A DNA stretch of 64,000 nt from Candidatus Obscuribacterales bacterium (GTDB lineage Bacteria > Cyanobacteriota > Vampirovibrionia > Obscuribacterales > Obscuribacteraceae), in the NCBI GenBank assembly GCA_965228855.1, contig CBDDIJ010000002.1, positions 2,112,001 to 2,176,000 on the forward strand. Reading direction: 5' to 3'. The first letter of the stretch is position 1. Each line of letters opens with the position of its first letter. The translations under genes and the position numbers were made by a program. The notes beneath the pieces were generated by a model. That model had not been told where the DNA came from. It did not search any database and was given only the letters and a program-made list of their open reading frames with translations. Of this stretch, positions 10,001 to 19,256 are shown piece by piece.

Positions 10001-10446
10001 TGAGCGATGAACTCCCGCCAGAACTTGTCCAGTGGCTGGCTGAAAATCACATTGATTTGACGAATCTCTCACAGCTCGACACGGACGATCTCTCTCCTGC
10101 GTTGAAGGAAGCGATGGAACTCGCAGCTCGTGGTGAAGACCCATCTCAGGCTTTACAAGTCCAGATCGAAGAGATCAAAGAGACGGAAACTTCTCACGAG
10201 ATTCACGTCGAAGGCATCGTGGCTGGTATCGCTCCAACTCCGGATGATTTGGCTAAGGACATCGATCAGAACGTCTCTGCGAAATCCGGTGACGGGAAGA
10301 GCGAGGACGGAACAGGTTCTGACGCAAGCGCCCAGAAGACTGAGGTCAATGGTTCCAACAACGATCAGTCTGAAGCCAACGGAGCCAAGACGGACGACAC
10401 CACCGATGGTGGTAGCGTCTCTGAGAAGGAATCCGTAGCGAAGTAG
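7093..10446 (+). CDS. secA: Preprotein translocase ATPase SecA
   Basis: MRTGEGKT, DEVDNILIDEARTPLIISG, ATNMAGRGTDI, RIDNQLRGRAGRQGDPG, QRDPLQEYKRE. Confidence 0.98.
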   Translation: MDWDERGRQWLRGLFGDTNEKRLKQLQPILERANMLEPEIQRLSEDDLKRKTVEFRTKIDNAMRETPDVKLIPDDAPKMPGHIRTKKDEVLGQILEEIMPEAFAVCRAASMNVLGMRHFDVQLLGGAALHFNKISEMRTGEGKTLVATLPVYLNGLTGRGVHVVTVNDYLARRDSEWMGLLYRYLGLTTGLVYSHQPDWEKKAAYATDITYGTNHEFGFDYLRDNMRTSLDDLVQRPYYFAIVDEVDNILIDEARTPLIISGAPAESYTEIYKRMAQLAPLMERGRDKDDEDCDYFVDEKARNVLVTERGVINAEKLLGVNDLWDMHFNFHHYLVQALKAKELFQLDKEYVVAPNEEGQMEVVIVDEFTGRMMQGRRWSDGLHQAVEAKEGVAIQEETMTYASITYQNLFRLYPKLAGMTGTAMTEAAEFNKIYNLDVVAIPTNKNSIRTDKSDVIYKTERQKYFSCVEEIVEMHELGRPVLVGTVSIEKSELIADLLRTPHKMSEYLVSKITKAADYIKNRDLSGDAIASLKKIFERPGAVDPVKLESAIKEIEKDFPKKHEELIERLYSIHVTAQVVASIRKGIPFNVLNAKLHEKEAMIVAQAGRKGAVTVATNMAGRGTDILLGGNPEYLAKEELKKQGMDDVESPEYQVKLKELTKKFKAEITEKEHDEVVALGGLHILGTERHESRRIDNQLRGRAGRQGDPGSARFFLSLEDQLMRIFGGEKIAQLMDFIGADEEMPIEHKMVTNSIEKAQKKVEAHHFDMRKHVLQYDDVLNTQREVIYRERRRILENADLRENVLDMLHEHLDLVLSANLDAESPPEVWEEQGMPELLIALENDIPMMGSITMAELGGLHYEDLRKKLHAAIEQAYVVREEEVGKETLRELERQVLLRTIDTKWVDYLHNIDILREGVGLRGYGQRDPLQEYKREAYDMFNMLLRNIQQESIQLIFRAQPMNRPEHGMGDMSDELPPELVQWLAENHIDLTNLSQLDTDDLSPALKEAMELAARGEDPSQALQVQIEEIKETETSHEIHVEGIVAGIAPTPDDLAKDIDQNVSAKSGDGKSEDGTGSDASAQKTEVNGSNNDQSEANGAKTDDTTDGGSVSEKESVAK

Positions 10447-10457
10447 CTGCAAACGCC

Positions 10458-11207
10458 ATGAGAACTCTATCTTTCGATACCAGCAATCCGGTTCTGACGG
10501 TTGCACTGATGGAAGACGGCAAAATCGTCTCGAGTCGGCGCTTGGTCCCGCCGGAATCCACCAGGCAAGAAGCAGTCAGTCAGCTTATGCCCACAATCGA
10601 CGACATCACCGCGAAACAGAATTGGTCTCGCGAGAGCATCGATTTGATTATTGTCGGTGTTGGTCCGGGTAGTTTTACCGGAATGAGAACTTGTGTGGTG
10701 ACCGCTCGCACACTCGCTCAAGCGCTCGGCGTCGGCTTAATTGGCGTTGATTCACTGCGTTGTTACGCGTCGATTTTGCCGTTGCCCTCAACGATCGTTC
10801 TCTCTGGTGGGCGCGGGCATTACTTCATCGCTTCCTACTCTTCAGCGGGCAACGGAAAGGACCACTGGGAGCCGGGCGACGCGAACATAAAAATCGATTC
10901 AGAACCGAGCTGCCTGGTGGGTGATGATTTCTTGTCTGCGGTGAAGCAGGCTCGGAGCTGTTTTGTTGAACCTAAGATCTTGGATGAAGTGCGAGCTCAC
11001 AATTCCGAGGCAAAAGCCATACCTGAAGAACTAAACCTGGCGGTGATTCAGGCGGAACTTGCGAACAGTGAATTCGGTTTGATTGACAAAGATCGTGACA
11101 AGTTGAAAACGATATATGCGTTCGATAGAGTTGAGCCGTTATACTTGCGTGGTGCTTCTATTACGTTAAAACCAAATGCCGGTGAGCAAGCAGGACATAG
11201 GAATTAG
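10458..11207 (+). CDS. tsaB: tRNA threonylcarbamoyladenosine biosynthesis protein TsaB
   Basis: N-terminal FDTS, GVGPGSFTGMR, C-terminal EPLYLR; adjacent to rimI. Confidence 0.9.
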   Translation: MRTLSFDTSNPVLTVALMEDGKIVSSRRLVPPESTRQEAVSQLMPTIDDITAKQNWSRESIDLIIVGVGPGSFTGMRTCVVTARTLAQALGVGLIGVDSLRCYASILPLPSTIVLSGGRGHYFIASYSSAGNGKDHWEPGDANIKIDSEPSCLVGDDFLSAVKQARSCFVEPKILDEVRAHNSEAKAIPEELNLAVIQAELANSEFGLIDKDRDKLKTIYAFDRVEPLYLRGASITLKPNAGEQAGHRN

Positions 11208-11790
11208 AGCGCTGGAATTAAACGACCTCGACGGAATCATGTCCATCGAGCCGGCTGTTTATGGTGCGCACCATTGGTCCAGGCAATCTTTTATAAATGA
11301 ACTGACTAATCCTGCTGGTAGTTACTTCGGTGCGATCAGTCCCGAAGACGGTTCCATAATCGGCTATTCCGGCTTCTGGCTCGTTCAAGATGAAGCACAC
11401 GTGACGACCCTTGCCGTTCATCCGGATCATCGTCGTAAGAAAATCGGCGAGCGATTGCTCATCCAGGTAATTATGGAAGCCCGCAAGTTGGGTGCAAATC
11501 GCCTGACCCTGGAAGTTCGCGCATCGAACGAAGCGGCGCAGAACCTGTATTACAAATATAATTTCCGCCGCCTGGGAGTGCGCCCTCGTTACTATCAGGA
11601 CAACAGCGAAGATGCTTTCATCTTATGGACCGACCGCGTTGCTGAAATGAATTTTGCGAATATGTTTATCGAACGTCTCGAGGAGTTCAATTTGCCGACA
11701 GATGGCATACTCGAGCTGTTCCTCGGGCCGACCGCCTCGCCCACCTGGCGAGCTGAAGAAAGTATTATGCCGAGTCGGGCGACAGCCTAG
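11176..11790 (+). CDS. rimI: Ribosomal protein S18 N-acetyltransferase RimI (GNAT)
   Basis: EAHVTTLAVHP, TLEVRASNEAAQNLY, RPRYYQDNSEDA. Confidence 0.92.
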   Translation: MPVSKQDIGIRALELNDLDGIMSIEPAVYGAHHWSRQSFINELTNPAGSYFGAISPEDGSIIGYSGFWLVQDEAHVTTLAVHPDHRRKKIGERLLIQVIMEARKLGANRLTLEVRASNEAAQNLYYKYNFRRLGVRPRYYQDNSEDAFILWTDRVAEMNFANMFIERLEEFNLPTDGILELFLGPTASPTWRAEESIMPSRATA

Positions 11791-11905
11791 CGGCAAAAGT
11801 TTCTATGAACTGATTTCTATGCAGAATCTATCGCCTTGAAACTCAAAATCAGGCATAATTCTTTAGATCCGTTCCGTTGGACGAATTTCAGGTCTAACTC
11901 CAAAA

Positions 11906-12757
11906 TTGATGATGAGGTCCGAAAGCTTGCATCTGGTCGGTAGCGAAATCAGAAGACACCCTGGAGTTAAACGGAAGTCGCTGCTCGGGCAAATCGTGCT
12001 GGTGATGCTGGGAGTGCAGGTCGCGTTGTTCGGTTCGTTCACCTGCTTCGACTTGCCGACTGGAACAGGCAGCAATCTGGTTAAATACGCTCACCGCGAA
12101 ACCAGAAATCTCGTTCTGATGACACCTGCTCAGGTGCAGGATAAAGTCAGGCAATATGCGCCGGCTATATTTGATGAGCCTCAGGCGGTCCGCTATTCCA
12201 CATATGTTCCGCTTGCTCCCACTGCCATTCTGATTGGCTATGTTCTGGGACCTCGTCTGGCGCTCTGGTCAATCGGGCTTTTTCTCGGTCTCGGCATTGC
12301 CGGACCGCTGCTGGGAATTTACCCGCTCGCTTCGGGCGGCGGCGTCAATTACTACCTTGAGCCCGGATTCGGCTATCTGCTCGGTATGTTCGGAGCGGCC
12401 GGCATGTGCGGCTGGATTACCAATAAGCGCCGCACGTCTCTTACACAGATCGTCGGCGTCGCCGCTGGTATCATCGCTATCCATGCAGCCGGCTGTGCCT
12501 ATTTGATTTGCTCGTATCTCTATTTTTACGTTTTTGAAGGCTCGAAAGCCTACCTCGAATGGCAGCCCTGGATCTTCCAGTACATGAGGAATCTCAGCTG
12601 GTACGCCTTGCCGTACGACGCCGTCCTTGCGCTGGCTGCTGTGGGAATTGCATTCCCGTTCCGCTGGCTGGTTAACACTCTGACGATAACCGATGCCGCT
12701 CCTACGCCAAAGAAAGTAAAATACGATCGAAGGGCACTGGAAGAGTTGGCTCGGTAA
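11906..12757 (+). CDS. bioY: Biotin transporter BioY (start uncertain)
   Basis: Multi-pass hydrophobic protein with LGPRLA and GGGVNYYLEPGFGYLLG BioY-like motif. Confidence 0.75.
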   Translation: MMMRSESLHLVGSEIRRHPGVKRKSLLGQIVLVMLGVQVALFGSFTCFDLPTGTGSNLVKYAHRETRNLVLMTPAQVQDKVRQYAPAIFDEPQAVRYSTYVPLAPTAILIGYVLGPRLALWSIGLFLGLGIAGPLLGIYPLASGGGVNYYLEPGFGYLLGMFGAAGMCGWITNKRRTSLTQIVGVAAGIIAIHAAGCAYLICSYLYFYVFEGSKAYLEWQPWIFQYMRNLSWYALPYDAVLALAAVGIAFPFRWLVNTLTITDAAPTPKKVKYDRRALEELAR

Positions 12758-12761
12758 TTAG

Positions 12762-13820
12762 ATGCGAAAACCAATTTTGATATCTCTTGGACTTGCGGCA
12801 CTTGGAGCCGGAGTATACGCGTATGCTTGCCGGGAAACGCGGCAATATCGACGCGAATTTATTCGCGCCGGTAACCGAGCTTCTGAGGGGAAACAATTAA
12901 CGCTTGACGGCAAAAAACGTCGTGAGCTCGGAATGCTTGAAGGCGCGCGTCATTCCGAAGCCTCCTCTCAAATTATTTCGTCGACCCGCGATATTGCGCC
13001 TGCGCCTGACGATGGCGTCAAGCGACTTCGCATCCTTCATATTTCGGATCTGCATCTTGCCCGCAATGAGGTGCAAAGCAAGCTCGACTTCCTGGCTGAA
13101 GTTACAGATGACGAATACGATTTTGTCTTTTTGACAGGCGATATATTCCAACATGATGAGTCGATAAAACACGCCAGGCACCTGTTATCGCGCAAACCGC
13201 GCATCGGTGCCTATGCGGTTCTCGGCAATCACGACTATTACCGCTATTCGATGTGGAACAAAATCGTCGGACGAATTTTTCCAAGCATGCGGCATCCGGC
13301 GAAAATTACTCGCGATGTGAAACCGCTTGTGAGAGCTTTGAAGAACGTAGGCTACGATGTTTTGCTTAACGAGGCGCGTTATCTGGAAGACACCGAGATC
13401 TGCCTGGTTGGCGTTGATTGGCCTGGTATCAGAAAGAATAAACTGTTGGAGCTTGTTTCTCGCTCGCCTGGAGATTGGCTTGTGATAGCGCTCTTCCATT
13501 TGCCGCGAGACCTGGAATTCTACAATGACGCGGGTGTTCATTACGCTTTCGGGGGCCATACACACGGTGGCCAAATTCGCGTTCCAGGCTATGGACCGAT
13601 TATCACGGATTCGGAACTTGCGCGCCATGAGGCCTCTGGTATCACATATAGAGGCAGGACTACTTTCCACATTTCTCGTGGTTTAGGCGCCGATCCAAGA
13701 ACCAACTTCCGTTTATTCTGTCCGCCACAAGCAAGCGTCATCGAAATAGAGGTGCCCGCGAATTGCTCTCTCGCCAATCGCATGGACTTTTCGGTCATAG
13801 GCGCACCGGAAAGAGTTTGA
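12762..13820 (+). CDS. Calcineurin-like metallophosphoesterase
   Basis: SDLH, TGD, GNHD and GHTHGGQ motifs; N-terminal anchor. Confidence 0.9.
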   Translation: MRKPILISLGLAALGAGVYAYACRETRQYRREFIRAGNRASEGKQLTLDGKKRRELGMLEGARHSEASSQIISSTRDIAPAPDDGVKRLRILHISDLHLARNEVQSKLDFLAEVTDDEYDFVFLTGDIFQHDESIKHARHLLSRKPRIGAYAVLGNHDYYRYSMWNKIVGRIFPSMRHPAKITRDVKPLVRALKNVGYDVLLNEARYLEDTEICLVGVDWPGIRKNKLLELVSRSPGDWLVIALFHLPRDLEFYNDAGVHYAFGGHTHGGQIRVPGYGPIITDSELARHEASGITYRGRTTFHISRGLGADPRTNFRLFCPPQASVIEIEVPANCSLANRMDFSVIGAPERV

Positions 13821-13829
13821 GTCGCGCGC

Positions 13830-15134
13830 TCAATTAGTTTTTGATTGATCGGATATCCATTTGAGCACCGTTTGCAGTTTGGCGACTTCGAGTGTGATTT
13901 TTCCAGCTTCGTCACACACGCTCTTGCTGTCTGGCGCTGACTTGTCCAGATTTCCGTAGAGGTTCGCTATGCTCTCGTCAATCCGGTCAAGACTCTTTTG
14001 CCACTGGTCGGCGAGGACATCGCTGCCAATGTCTTTGCCGGCAGTGGCATCGAAGCTTCGTATTGCCGGGGCTGCGCTTCGAAGGGCGGTGGACATCGCT
14101 TCAATCGATGCCGCTCGTATAAGCAGCACTGCGTCTTTCGACTTGCCGAGATTGGGATCCGTAGAGTTTCCTTGAGCAAAATCCGAACTGGCATTGCCAT
14201 TTGACGCCACCCTGACGTTGGCCTGGGACGAAGAAAAGTCGCGGTTCAATTGATCGCATTCGAGTTTGACTTGCTCGATTGTCGCTCTTACATCCAGTAT
14301 TATTTCAGCGTTGAGCGGCACGTTGTTGTCGAAAGTTTCGAGTTTTCGTCTGAGCGATTCGCTCATGACTGCTGCGGATCCAATAGTCTTTGTTTCCGCG
14401 CATGCAAGTGTTGTTTCTTTGCCGAGAAAGAACATACTATCGGTTATGTCTGCATTGCTTATCAGTTTCTCCACGTGTACAAGCGAATTCAGTTCGTCTT
14501 GCTGGAAAATTAGCCACTCTATCGGCATCTTCGAGTCGCTGTCGACGGCAAGTCTCTGGTGTACGCGATTGTCATTGCCCACCAGTTCTAGTATGTAAAC
14601 GGGTGGTAAACCTGGATATGCGCACGGTTTTGGTGTCGCGAGAAGTTTTTCTCCGGCTGTGACTTTTGAAACTCCTTCCAGCAATGAAGCCAGATCGGAT
14701 TCGACCACGCTATATCCATTGCTGGTCTTAAGGAGTTTAGATGTTGGTGCAAGGGAAACTGTGACACCGCCCATGAAACCACCGGCTTTCGCCTTGATTT
14801 TGCCGTCAGGTTGTCTCACCACGACAGAGCCCGTTCGTCTACCCGCTGCGAGCGCTTCGAATCGCATCAGATTTGGAGTCTTGAAATAAAAACGCCCCCG
14901 CTCTGTCACACCCTTTTTCTTGGAGTAGGTAGTCAGCGTCGATTCGTACCAGTAGCTGCGCATGGATTTGGCTTTCTCAATCAAAGTCTTGAGAAGGGCC
15001 GATCCATCCATGGCGCCGAACTTTCCAATGACAATGCTTTCCGCGGTCTGTTTGTCAGAAGACGCGAATGCGCTAGTGCCACTGGAGATAATTGCTATCG
15101 CTAAAATAAAAGGACGAAAGCTGTTTTTATTCAT
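13830..15134 (-). CDS. Secreted LolA-like-fold protein with C-terminal helical domain
   Basis: Signal peptide; GRFYFKTPNLMRFE resembles the LolA-family motif. Confidence 0.55.
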   Translation of the reverse strand: MNKNSFRPFILAIAIISSGTSAFASSDKQTAESIVIGKFGAMDGSALLKTLIEKAKSMRSYWYESTLTTYSKKKGVTERGRFYFKTPNLMRFEALAAGRRTGSVVVRQPDGKIKAKAGGFMGGVTVSLAPTSKLLKTSNGYSVVESDLASLLEGVSKVTAGEKLLATPKPCAYPGLPPVYILELVGNDNRVHQRLAVDSDSKMPIEWLIFQQDELNSLVHVEKLISNADITDSMFFLGKETTLACAETKTIGSAAVMSESLRRKLETFDNNVPLNAEIILDVRATIEQVKLECDQLNRDFSSSQANVRVASNGNASSDFAQGNSTDPNLGKSKDAVLLIRAASIEAMSTALRSAAPAIRSFDATAGKDIGSDVLADQWQKSLDRIDESIANLYGNLDKSAPDSKSVCDEAGKITLEVAKLQTVLKWISDQSKTN

Positions 15135-15325
15135 GATTCTGATTCACGCTCGCTACTCGATTAGCCTATTCGAAATTGAAACTGGCGGCATCAATCGGGA
15201 GGAGGAGATCGCTACTAGATCAGGTTTCAAACAGACCGGACGATCAGTCTTGTAGCTGATGTGGATCCGCGTGCGCTCAATGTATAACTTTCAAGTAGTG
15301 AGTTTTCGCAGCGGAGACTGAGACG

Positions 15326-17182
15326 TTGAACACTCGAAACCGACAAGCTGTCCGACTGGCGTTCATTCTATTCGTACTCGGTATTTTTCTCACTCAGAGT
15401 CAGCAGCTAGCCAGTGGTGTGGCTGTTGCAGAGCCGGCGAAAAATAGCGGCAGCGAAGTTAATAGGCCGATCAAGGATAAGTGGGCCGTGGTGATCGGAG
15501 TGAGCAAATTCAAAGATTCTTCGATCAATCTTCGATTTGCGGCCAAGGATGCCAAAGATTTTGCTGAATATCTAACCACAGAAGGCAACTTTCAGAAGGA
15601 CCATGTACTGGTACTTACTGATGAAAACGCCACTAGAGAAAATATTCTTACGGCACTTGGTGACAAATGGTTGCCGCGGCTGGCAAATCCGGATGACCTC
15701 GTTATGGTTTACGTCTCCAGTCATGGAAGCCCGGCTGACCTGGATGTTGGCGGAATCAATTATATAGTGGTACATGACACCAATATCGACTGTCTTTATG
15801 CCACAGCCATCCCACTTCAGTATCTGATTGAAATCATAAGAACTCGTGTCCATTCGGACAGAGTAATAATGATTCTTGATACCTGTCACAGCGGCGCGGC
15901 TCGGGTTGAATCGAAAGGTTTAAGCCGCATAAATAACGTGGATGCGCAGGCAATCGTCGCCGGAACCGGTCAAATGGTAATTGCTTCAAGTTCGCCAAGT
16001 CAGCGCTCATGGGAAGGAAAAGAGTACAGCAATAGTGTTTTTACCCATCACCTCATCAACGCGCTTAAGAGTGGTGGCAGCAAAACGACTCTGGGGGCGG
16101 CTTTTGAAACAATGAAGGAAGGCGTTCAGGAGGAGGTCTTGCGCGATCGAGGTACTCTGCAAACACCGGTCATCAAAAGTGCATGGAAAGGTGATGAACT
16201 GGCGGTTGCGACCTTACCGACGAAAACGAGGTCAGCAGCGGTTGATTGGCAGATTGAGCCGCCGCAAACGAAAGCGACTACCATAGCAGCCGCTCCGAGC
16301 AAGGCGCCGGATTTGGTGGCACACGCTCATGTCACACCGAGTATGACAGTGCCCACCAAAATCAATTCGAACGTCTTCGAAATAGAGGCACTACCTGCGA
16401 TACCGCCCGTTACGGTGCTGGACAATGGAAATATCTACAAAGTCTTCAATAAACCGACCCGACCAACGTTCTTTAGCCTCTCGTATCCTGCATTACTCAC
16501 TTACATTTACACCTATCACTGGAATGACGCGCGCGGATTCAGGCCCGGTCAAATCGCTGTTCAGCATGAGGACGGCACGACCTATGGACCCTGGAAGGCG
16601 GCCGGTAAACCTGGTCAAGGCGGCGTTCCGAATGCATATTGGGAAAGTGAGCCGTTGGTGCAGTTGAAACCAGGCACATATACTATTATTGACAGCAACC
16701 CGCCCTCGTGGTCACAGAATGAAGGCACTCGCGGAGCGGGCTTTGCACGTGTCCGTGTCGCGCCGCTGGTTGAGACGGTTGATTCCAACACAGGAAAAAC
16801 TTTGAAGAGATCTCCCGAGATAACGTTCTTCAAAAACGGCAATATCTACGCGGTCAACAATGGCGGTTCACAGCCGTCCTTCACCGTAAGCGTCCCGACT
16901 CTCGTAACCAAAGTAGGCAACTATCATTGGAACCACGGACGCGGCGCTAGACCCGGCACGATTGCGCTCCGCCACGAGGATGGCACCACATACGGTCCCT
17001 GGCAGTCCAACGGTCGCTCCGGGCAAGGTGGCGCGCCGGAAGCCTACTGGGAGTGCTCTGTCGACACTGTGATCAAACCGGGAGTCTACCGCGTGGTTGA
17101 TAGTGATCCGGCCACCTGGTCACAAAATGAATTGACGAACGGAGCGGGAATTTCTGAAATCACCGGAGTCTACCAGAATTAG
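15326..17182 (+). CDS. Secreted caspase-like peptidase (C14) with duplicated C-terminal domain
   Basis: KWAVVIGVSKF, SSHGSP (His), LDTCHSG (Cys), SVFTHHL; N-terminal signal-like segment. Confidence 0.88.
   Translation: MNTRNRQAVRLAFILFVLGIFLTQSQQLASGVAVAEPAKNSGSEVNRPIKDKWAVVIGVSKFKDSSINLRFAAKDAKDFAEYLTTEGNFQKDHVLVLTDENATRENILTALGDKWLPRLANPDDLVMVYVSSHGSPADLDVGGINYIVVHDTNIDCLYATAIPLQYLIEIIRTRVHSDRVIMILDTCHSGAARVESKGLSRINNVDAQAIVAGTGQMVIASSSPSQRSWEGKEYSNSVFTHHLINALKSGGSKTTLGAAFETMKEGVQEEVLRDRGTLQTPVIKSAWKGDELAVATLPTKTRSAAVDWQIEPPQTKATTIAAAPSKAPDLVAHAHVTPSMTVPTKINSNVFEIEALPAIPPVTVLDNGNIYKVFNKPTRPTFFSLSYPALLTYIYTYHWNDARGFRPGQIAVQHEDGTTYGPWKAAGKPGQGGVPNAYWESEPLVQLKPGTYTIIDSNPPSWSQNEGTRGAGFARVRVAPLVETVDSNTGKTLKRSPEITFFKNGNIYAVNNGGSQPSFTVSVPTLVTKVGNYHWNHGRGARPGTIALRHEDGTTYGPWQSNGRSGQGGAPEAYWECSVDTVIKPGVYRVVDSDPATWSQNELTNGAGISEITGVYQN
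16424..17165 (+). repeat. Two ~110-aa internal domain repeats within the caspase-like gene
   Basis: Copies at ~16424-16755 and ~16835-17165 share NGNIY, YHWN, RPG, HEDGTTYGPW, GQGG, AYWE, KPG and WSQNE. Confidence 0.9.
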
Positions 17183-17214
17183 ATTAGAAAGCGCTCGCCG
17201 CTGGCGCGTCTTCA

Positions 17215-17760
17215 CTAATCGCTACCGTTTTCCTGCTGGCTTTCCAGATAACGTTGCCATAATTGCCAGGGGAGATGCGCTTCAATCTGGCGATAAACAG
17301 ATGTGTACGGATTGCGCTCCATATGCACCGGCACCACTCTTGTACCTTCGAAAAATTTGCCGTTCAAAACCCCTTCTTTCAGCGTTCCGACAAATGAAAC
17401 GCGTCTGGGCTTTTGTCCACCTTTGAGCCACTTTGATGGCGTCTCGAAGGTGAATTTCACGAGTTCGTTTTGAGGTGGGTCAGTGGTGATGAGGCGAAGG
17501 ATAGCACCTGGACCGAAAGAGAGTTCTCCCCAGACGTTGGTGGGCTGACGCACGAGGGACATACGGATCTCAGGTCCCCGTCCGGGAATTTGATACTCGC
17601 CTGAAATGTCGGAGAGCATCCAGTAGATGATTATGGCGCCTAAGCCGAGCAGAACGAAAAAAAGAACCATGTTACCAATCAAACCCGAGCCGCGACGCAG
17701 GTCGTCGTATTCGGCCAGGGGATCTGGTGTCAGTGATCGTGATCCACGAGAGCGCGTCAT
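17215..17760 (-). CDS. Hypothetical single-pass membrane protein
   Basis: 181-aa ORF with one TM helix, directly downstream of the matrixin gene. Confidence 0.65.
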   Translation of the reverse strand: MTRSRGSRSLTPDPLAEYDDLRRGSGLIGNMVLFFVLLGLGAIIIYWMLSDISGEYQIPGRGPEIRMSLVRQPTNVWGELSFGPGAILRLITTDPPQNELVKFTFETPSKWLKGGQKPRRVSFVGTLKEGVLNGKFFEGTRVVPVHMERNPYTSVYRQIEAHLPWQLWQRYLESQQENGSD

Positions 17761-17765
17761 GGTGA

Positions 17766-18800
17766 TTATGGTATTAAATCCGGTGTGCTCTTGTATAGAT
17801 ACCTGATAGTTGCAATGTCGCTGGCCGACAAAACGCCGTTGCCATAGTACATGCTCATGAGATCGCCGGGATTTTTGCTATGTCCGTCGATTCCGAGAGC
17901 GTGTCCCATCTCGTGACCGGCCGCGGCACGCATCTTTTCAATCGGCATTGATTGACCTTGCTTTTCGGTGCAGCGAAGCAGAACAACAACCGGTCTGAAG
18001 TTCGCTTTCTTCCCCTGGAGAATGGCTTGATAAGGAAAACAGTTTTTAGAGGTGTAACCTCTGATGTCACTCGCGAAGAGCCCGAGTCCTAGCTTATTTA
18101 CGAAGTGGTGGACGAAGAACACATGAATGTCGGCTTCCATAGGATCGTCGGTAAATTCGAAGGACAATAGACCTTCCTTTTCAAACCTCTTCCAATAGTT
18201 GATACCCTCGATCGCCGCTTGTCTGTGCTGGGGAATAAAACCTTCCGCTTGCGGAAGGCTCTGCAATTGTCCGTTTTGAAGCACCGTCGCAATGAAATCG
18301 GGCCACGTATTGACGGCGTCCACGTTGACATACGGTGCGCCGAGCTGCGGATCAAGTATCTGGTCGATCGCCAGTCCGTTTGAAACCCAGACGTGGAGCG
18401 GCATCTGATCGGGAATCCAGCGAATTACTCCATGGGCACTCTTGAATTCCGGGTAAACTCCCGTTCCAGTCTGCATGGCGGCTGGCCGCTTTGCTCCACC
18501 AGTTGATATCGGCGCATTTTGCCGGATAATTTGCTGCTGTTGTTGCGGACGCGTGCTCGCACTTCCGAAACCGGTAACCGGTGGCAGGTTCGTATAACGG
18601 TTCTTAAACTGCGCCTGGGTAGGGGCAACTGTTGCAAGGGCGACGGTTAACGCGAGGCATGCTACGGTTGCAAGTACGACAAGAGTGGTTAACGACGATC
18701 GCTTTGGGTTTGAATACTTGGCTTTTAAGCTGAACACGGTTATCTTTCCGCTCTGAATTGTTACAGACCCGTAACTAGATGATACAAGTATATGCCACAA
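17766..18800 (-). CDS. Matrixin-family (M10-like) zinc metalloprotease; true start likely downstream
   Basis: HEMGHALGIDGHS zinc motif and DLMS Met-turn; signal-like hydrophobic stretch. Confidence 0.85.
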   Translation of the reverse strand: MWHILVSSSYGSVTIQSGKITVFSLKAKYSNPKRSSLTTLVVLATVACLALTVALATVAPTQAQFKNRYTNLPPVTGFGSASTRPQQQQQIIRQNAPISTGGAKRPAAMQTGTGVYPEFKSAHGVIRWIPDQMPLHVWVSNGLAIDQILDPQLGAPYVNVDAVNTWPDFIATVLQNGQLQSLPQAEGFIPQHRQAAIEGINYWKRFEKEGLLSFEFTDDPMEADIHVFFVHHFVNKLGLGLFASDIRGYTSKNCFPYQAILQGKKANFRPVVVLLRCTEKQGQSMPIEKMRAAAGHEMGHALGIDGHSKNPGDLMSMYYGNGVLSASDIATIRYLYKSTPDLIP

Positions 18801-18982
18801 GTTGCTCGGTCAATGAGCGCGGCAGAAGCGCAAGGAAGTTTGTCCTGCGGAAACAATTACATGAGCTGGGCGTCATTAGTTAACAGTGCGCCAACCAGTT
18901 CAAAAGTCTGAAAACTTAGATGAGACCATGGTTTCCACGCATTGACTACAGCGCAGTGTAAACGGTTTTGTTATACACAATT

Positions 18983-19161
18983 GTGAACGGAACCTTAAAA
19001 CTCTACCCCAGTAGGCGTTTCATGCGCTACAAATATGTCTACAACGCAGCCACTCAAGTGAGAGGTATCAGGGATGAAACCTGTCGGGGCAGTACCGACC
19101 CTGCGAACAATTTCTCGAAGATGGACGATTCGCTAAATCCCCGACAAAGTTGGGGATTTTT
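18983..19161 (+). ncRNA. Candidate structured small RNA (6S-like size and architecture), family unassigned
   Basis: Manual pairing of CCCCAGTAGGCGTTTCAT (19006-19023) with ATGAAACCTGTCGGGG (19074-19089); 5' GTGAACG pairs with CGATTCGC; ends in a terminator. Confidence 0.35.
19135..19161 (+). terminator. Rho-independent terminator
   Basis: AAATCCCCGAC-AAA-GTTGGGGATTTTT hairpin with U tract. Confidence 0.7.
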
Positions 19162-19256
19162 GCATTAGTGCCCTTCCGCGCAGCATGCTAAATTTATGCG
19201 GTAAATGACGAGTCAGGCTCGTCTCCGTTGAAACTTAGCCTGTGGGTAACTTACTA

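Noticed and set aside
18971..18979. DnaA box (TTATACACA) marking oriC
   Set aside because: Single perfect box with no dnaA/dnaN nearby; it also overlaps a plausible -10 element.
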